The notes under the pieces: generated by a model
What the model was told of the DNA's origin: nothing
The model's database searches: none
What the model saw: the letters and a program-made list of their open reading frames with translations, nothing else
Program-made: the position numbers and the translations under genes
Shown: positions 60,260 to 64,000 of the stretch, piece by piece
Layout of the letters: every line of letters starts with the position of its first letter
Numbering within the stretch: position 1 is the stretch's first letter
Source of the DNA: Candidatus Parcubacteria bacterium
Lineage (GTDB): Bacteria > Patescibacteriota > Minisyncoccia > UBA6257 > JAGOQP01
Direction: 5' to 3'
NCBI GenBank assembly: GCA_025999395.1
Contig: AP024682.1
Coordinates: forward strand, 2,105 to 66,104
DNA: 64,000 bases

Positions 60260-61780
60260 TTACCTCGCGTATTCGACAGCTCTGGTTTCTCTGATTACTA
60301 CTACTTTAATTTCTCCCGGGAATTTTACCTCTGATTCAATTTTCTTGGAGATATTGCGAGCAAGCTCGAGAGCCCCAAAGTCATCCACCTTTTCCGCATC
60401 AACAAAAATTCTGATTTCTCTTCCAGCTGAGATAGCATAAGCATTCTTAACCCCTTCAAAACTAGAAGCAATGTTTTCTAACTCACTTAATCTTTTAAGA
60501 TAATTTTCCAAGGTATCGCGGCGAGCACCAGGGCGAGAAGCCGAAATAGCGTCAGCAGCAGCTACTACATAAGCCTCAGGAATCGCGTAAGGATACTCCT
60601 CATGATGAGCCTCCATCGCCTGAATAACTCTTTCATCGATGCCGTATTTTTTAAGGATTTTTCTTCCAATTTCAACATGGCTGCCGGGCACCTCATGATC
60701 GATCGATTTACCAATATCGTGAAGCAAGGCTCCTTTTTTGGCAATTTCTGCATCTAACCCTAATTCCGAAGCAATCATTGAAGCAAAATGAGCTACTTCG
60801 ACTGAATGTCTTAAAACATTTTGGCCGTAACTGGTACGATAATTTAATCTTCCTAAAAGCTGAATAATTTCTTTGGGTAAATCATAAATTCCCACCTCAT
60901 AAGCCGCCGCTTCACCCGCTTCGATAATTTTTTTAGAAACTTCGGCGGTAGCTTCTTCTACTTTTTCTTCAATTTTGGCGGGCTGGATTCGGCCATCTTT
61001 AATTAACTTTTCTAAAGCACTTTTAGCAATCTCTCGGCGCACTGGATCAAAAGAAGAAATTACAATGCTGTCGGGAGTTTCATCAATGACCAATTCGACT
61101 CCGGTTAATCTCTCAAAGGTGCGAATATTTCTTCCTTCTTTTCCAATAATTTTTCCTTTGAAATCTTCATCGGGTAAAGAAACGACGGTTGTAGTTAACT
61201 CAGAAGCCGAAGAACGGCTATAACGCTGGAGTGCTGTTGCCAAAATCTCAGTAGCTCTTTTTTCAATCTCTTCTTTTCTTTCTTTCATTAGCTTATTAAT
61301 ATACTCGTTTAAATCCTGACGATACTTCTGGCTAACTTCAGCAAAAAGCATCTCCTTGGCCTCTTGAGCGCTTAAGCCAGCAATTTTTTCTAATTGAGTA
61401 GAAAGATTGTTTTTGAGTTGTTCAATGTAGCTTTTGGCTTCATTGATTTTTTCCAAATCCAAATTTAGCCTCTTTTCTTTCTCCTTTATTTCCAGAGACT
61501 CTTTTTCTAAAAGTTCTTCCTTTTTAAGAAGGCGCTCTTCTAATTTATCTAGTTGAGCTTTTCTTTCTCTTTCTTCGGTTTTAATTTCTTCTAAAATCTG
61601 AGCCGCTTTTTCCTGCGCCTCTAAAATAATTTCCTTTGCCTTGGAACGGCTTTCTTCCAGCTGTCTTTTAATCTTTTCTTCAACCGAAGAAGCTTGTTTA
61701 GAGACTAAGAACTGGCGGATAAAGTAGCCTAAAGCAACGCCCAAAAGAATAGCGCCTACAAAAAGATAGGTGTTGTTCAT
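60260..61780 (-). CDS. rny: ribonuclease Y
   Basis: N-terminal TM, long coiled coil, KH domain (IIGKEGRNIRTFERLTGVELVID) and HD domain (ALLHDIGKSIDHE). 506 aa. Confidence 0.85.
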   Translation of the reverse strand: MNNTYLFVGAILLGVALGYFIRQFLVSKQASSVEEKIKRQLEESRSKAKEIILEAQEKAAQILEEIKTEERERKAQLDKLEERLLKKEELLEKESLEIKEKEKRLNLDLEKINEAKSYIEQLKNNLSTQLEKIAGLSAQEAKEMLFAEVSQKYRQDLNEYINKLMKERKEEIEKRATEILATALQRYSRSSASELTTTVVSLPDEDFKGKIIGKEGRNIRTFERLTGVELVIDETPDSIVISSFDPVRREIAKSALEKLIKDGRIQPAKIEEKVEEATAEVSKKIIEAGEAAAYEVGIYDLPKEIIQLLGRLNYRTSYGQNVLRHSVEVAHFASMIASELGLDAEIAKKGALLHDIGKSIDHEVPGSHVEIGRKILKKYGIDERVIQAMEAHHEEYPYAIPEAYVVAAADAISASRPGARRDTLENYLKRLSELENIASSFEGVKNAYAISAGREIRIFVDAEKVDDFGALELARNISKKIESEVKFPGEIKVVVIRETRAVEYAR

Positions 61781-61977
61781 AGTTTTTTATTTTCAGACTC
61801 TTCTTTGGGAAAAAATTAATTTTCCAAGAGTCAAAAGTTAAAGAATTCATCTGAAAATTGAATTAAGTTTCTAATTTTTAAAAGCAAAAGCACTTTAATC
61901 ATAATCTCCTTTTTAAAAGTGGTCAATACTCCCCTTGCTCTGGATAAAGAGCATCATTTTGGGATATTATTAAGGTT

Positions 61978-63519
61978 ATGAAAAAACAGGTAATCTTAGT
62001 AGTTTTAGATGGTTGGGGAATTGGTCAAGAAAACCAATCCAATCCAATCTATGTAACCAAGCCACCAACCATTGAGTATATAAAAAACAATTTTCCTTCG
62101 GGCGCTTTACAGGCTTCGGGTATTGCTGTTGGACTTCCCTGGGGAGAGGAGGGCAATAGCGAAGTGGGACACTTAACAATGGGAATTGGAAAAATTCTTT
62201 ATCAGCACTACCCTCGCATTAGTTTAGCTATTAAAGATGGCAGTTTTTTCAAAAACGAAACCATTCGGCAAGCAATTGAGCATACTAAAAAAAATCAATC
62301 TCGCCTTCATTTGGTAGGATTGATAGGGCAAGCCAATGTTCACTCTTCTTTAGAACACTTAAATGCTTTAATTAAATGGTTAGAAGAAGAAAAAGTTAAT
62401 TGGCGCCTTCATATTTTTACTGACGGTCGCGACAGCGATCCTTATTCGGCTTGGTCTTTAATTTCCCAATATCCCTTGGAAAGAATTTCCAGTATTTCAG
62501 GAAGATACTACGCTATGGATCGAGATAAACACTGGGATCTAACCGCGCGAACTTATTTGGCATTAGTAGGAAAAGCACCGGTTATTTCTTCTCAAGAAAT
62601 AAAAAATCACATTCAAGAAACTTACAAAAAAAATCTTAACGATGAGTTTATTATTCCAGCCACCATTGATAATCCTCAAAATGGCATTCAGGATAACGAT
62701 GCGGTTTTCTTTTTTAATTTTCGAGAAGACAGAATAAGACAAATTGGGGAAAGCTTTGTTAATCCTTATTTTGATAAATTCCCTATTAACCGTTTTTCTA
62801 ATCTTTTCGTTGCCTCAATGACTAAAATCAGAGAGGATTTCACTATCCCAGTAGCCTTTCCTCCCCAATCTATTCAAAACTCAGTGGGAAAGGTAATTTC
62901 CGAAGCCGGAATGTCTCAATTAAGAATTGCCGAAACTCAAAAATACGCTCATGTTACCTTCTTTTTTAACGGTTTAGATGATAAGCCCTTTGCCAACGAA
63001 TACCGAATTTTGATTCCTTCCAAAACTGTTCCTCGCCAAGATCAAGATCCGGAAATGATGGCGCCAGCAATTACTACTCGCCTTCTTCAGGCAATTGAGG
63101 AAGGAGTTTTTGATTTTATTTTGGTAAATTATGCCAACCCGGATATGGTGGCTCACACAGGAAACTTTTCAGCTTCCTGCCAAGTAGTAAAAATTATTGA
63201 TCAACAAATAGAAAAGATTATAAAAGCCGTGCTTGCTAAAGAAGCAGTCTTAATTATCACCTCCGATCACGGCAATATCGAAAGACTTTTTAATCCCCTA
63301 ACGGGTGAGCCAGAAACTAAACACGATCCCAGTCCCGTGCCCATTTATTTAATAGCCAAACAATTTCAAAAACCTCAAGATCCTTTTGCGGTAAAAGAAA
63401 GAGAAAGATTTACCATTGGAATGTTGGCCGACATTGCTCCGACTGTTTTAGAGCTTTTGGGCTTAAAGAAGTCAGCTGATATGACAGGAGAAAGTCTTCT
63501 TAAGCAACTGCTTTCTTAA
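61978..63519 (+). CDS. gpmI: 2,3-bisphosphoglycerate-independent phosphoglycerate mutase
   Basis: MKKQVILVVLDGWGIGQE N-terminus and 513 aa length typical of iPGM. Mn-binding segments (ITSDHGN, DMVAHTG). Confidence 0.85.
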   Translation: MKKQVILVVLDGWGIGQENQSNPIYVTKPPTIEYIKNNFPSGALQASGIAVGLPWGEEGNSEVGHLTMGIGKILYQHYPRISLAIKDGSFFKNETIRQAIEHTKKNQSRLHLVGLIGQANVHSSLEHLNALIKWLEEEKVNWRLHIFTDGRDSDPYSAWSLISQYPLERISSISGRYYAMDRDKHWDLTARTYLALVGKAPVISSQEIKNHIQETYKKNLNDEFIIPATIDNPQNGIQDNDAVFFFNFREDRIRQIGESFVNPYFDKFPINRFSNLFVASMTKIREDFTIPVAFPPQSIQNSVGKVISEAGMSQLRIAETQKYAHVTFFFNGLDDKPFANEYRILIPSKTVPRQDQDPEMMAPAITTRLLQAIEEGVFDFILVNYANPDMVAHTGNFSASCQVVKIIDQQIEKIIKAVLAKEAVLIITSDHGNIERLFNPLTGEPETKHDPSPVPIYLIAKQFQKPQDPFAVKERERFTIGMLADIAPTVLELLGLKKSADMTGESLLKQLLS

Positions 63520-64000
63520 TCTCTTTTGTGGTGATAATTTTCTAAATGTCTTTTAGCTAAATCGGTAATTATTCTTCCCGAAGGAGTGCGCTGCAAAAAG
63601 CCTAATTTAATCAAATAAGGCTCATAAACATCTTCAATTATTCCTTTGTCTTCTCCTAAAGCGGCCGCTAAAGAAGAAATCCCCACCGGTCCCCCGTTAA
63701 ATCTTTCCTTAATCACTCTTAAAAGGCGTCTATCTGGTTCTTCTAATCCCCACTCATCAATTTCAAAAAGAGAAAGAGCTTCTAAAGCAATTTCTTGGCT
63801 TATTCTTTCGGCCCTTTTTACCTGAGCCAAATCTCTTACTCTTTTAAGAAGTCTATTAGCAATCCGCGGAGTAAAGCGGGAGGCTTTAGCAATCACCTCT
63901 ACTGCTTCTTCAAGAATTTCCACTTTCAAGATTTTAGCCGAACGCTGAATAATTTTTTTAATGTCTTCTAAAGAATAATAATCAATTTGAAAAACCGCCC
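63516..64000 (-). CDS. ruvB: Holliday junction helicase RuvB (C-terminal part; 5' end beyond window)
   Basis: ...YYSLEDIKKIIQRSAKILKVEILEEAVEVIAKASRFTPRIANRLLKRVRDLAQV...GPVGISSLAAALGEDKGIIEDVYEPYLIKLGFLQRTPSGR, the conserved RuvB C-terminal winged-helix region. Reading frame continues open to position 64000. Confidence 0.8.
   Translation of the reverse strand, partial: AVFQIDYYSLEDIKKIIQRSAKILKVEILEEAVEVIAKASRFTPRIANRLLKRVRDLAQVKRAERISQEIALEALSLFEIDEWGLEEPDRRLLRVIKERFNGGPVGISSLAAALGEDKGIIEDVYEPYLIKLGFLQRTPSGRIITDLAKRHLENYHHKRD

Overview
This is a low-GC (~33-35%), gene-dense window, mostly coded on the minus strand, with the hallmarks of a reduced CPR/Parcubacteria-like bacterial genome. 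Those hallmarks are an unlinked 23S-5S rRNA pair with a LAGLIDADG-encoding group I intron in the 23S gene, tRNA genes without encoded CCA next to a cca gene, and a large type IV pilus/competence cluster.

The outstanding feature is a complete type V-A CRISPR-Cas locus at 49.7-57.3 kb on the minus strand. It comprises cas12a (cpf1, 1416 aa, intact RuvC I/II/III motifs), cas4, cas1 (split by a frameshift), cas2, a leader, and a 20-spacer array of 36-bp repeats ending in the Cas12a crRNA handle AATTTCTACTTTTGTAGAT. Two adjacent spacers are near-identical. The leader carries nested inverted repeats and an inverted degenerate repeat copy. A GC-rich 100-bp imperfect palindrome sits in the putative 5' UTR of cas12a.

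Other content: valS, leuS, ligA, murI, cca, ppnK, rny, gpmI, hup, ruvB (partial), Hsp20 (partial), pilMNO-pilB-pilT-pilC-pilin-pilD-pseudopilins, comFC, two ECF sigma/anti-sigma pairs flanking an L,D-transpeptidase-M23 fusion, LemA/DUF2207, and 8 tRNAs.

Several conserved genes (ligA, pilB, pilD, cas1, an LTD-domain gene) are interrupted by frameshifts, mostly in A/T homopolymer runs. This suggests consensus errors, though genuine pseudogenisation cannot be excluded.
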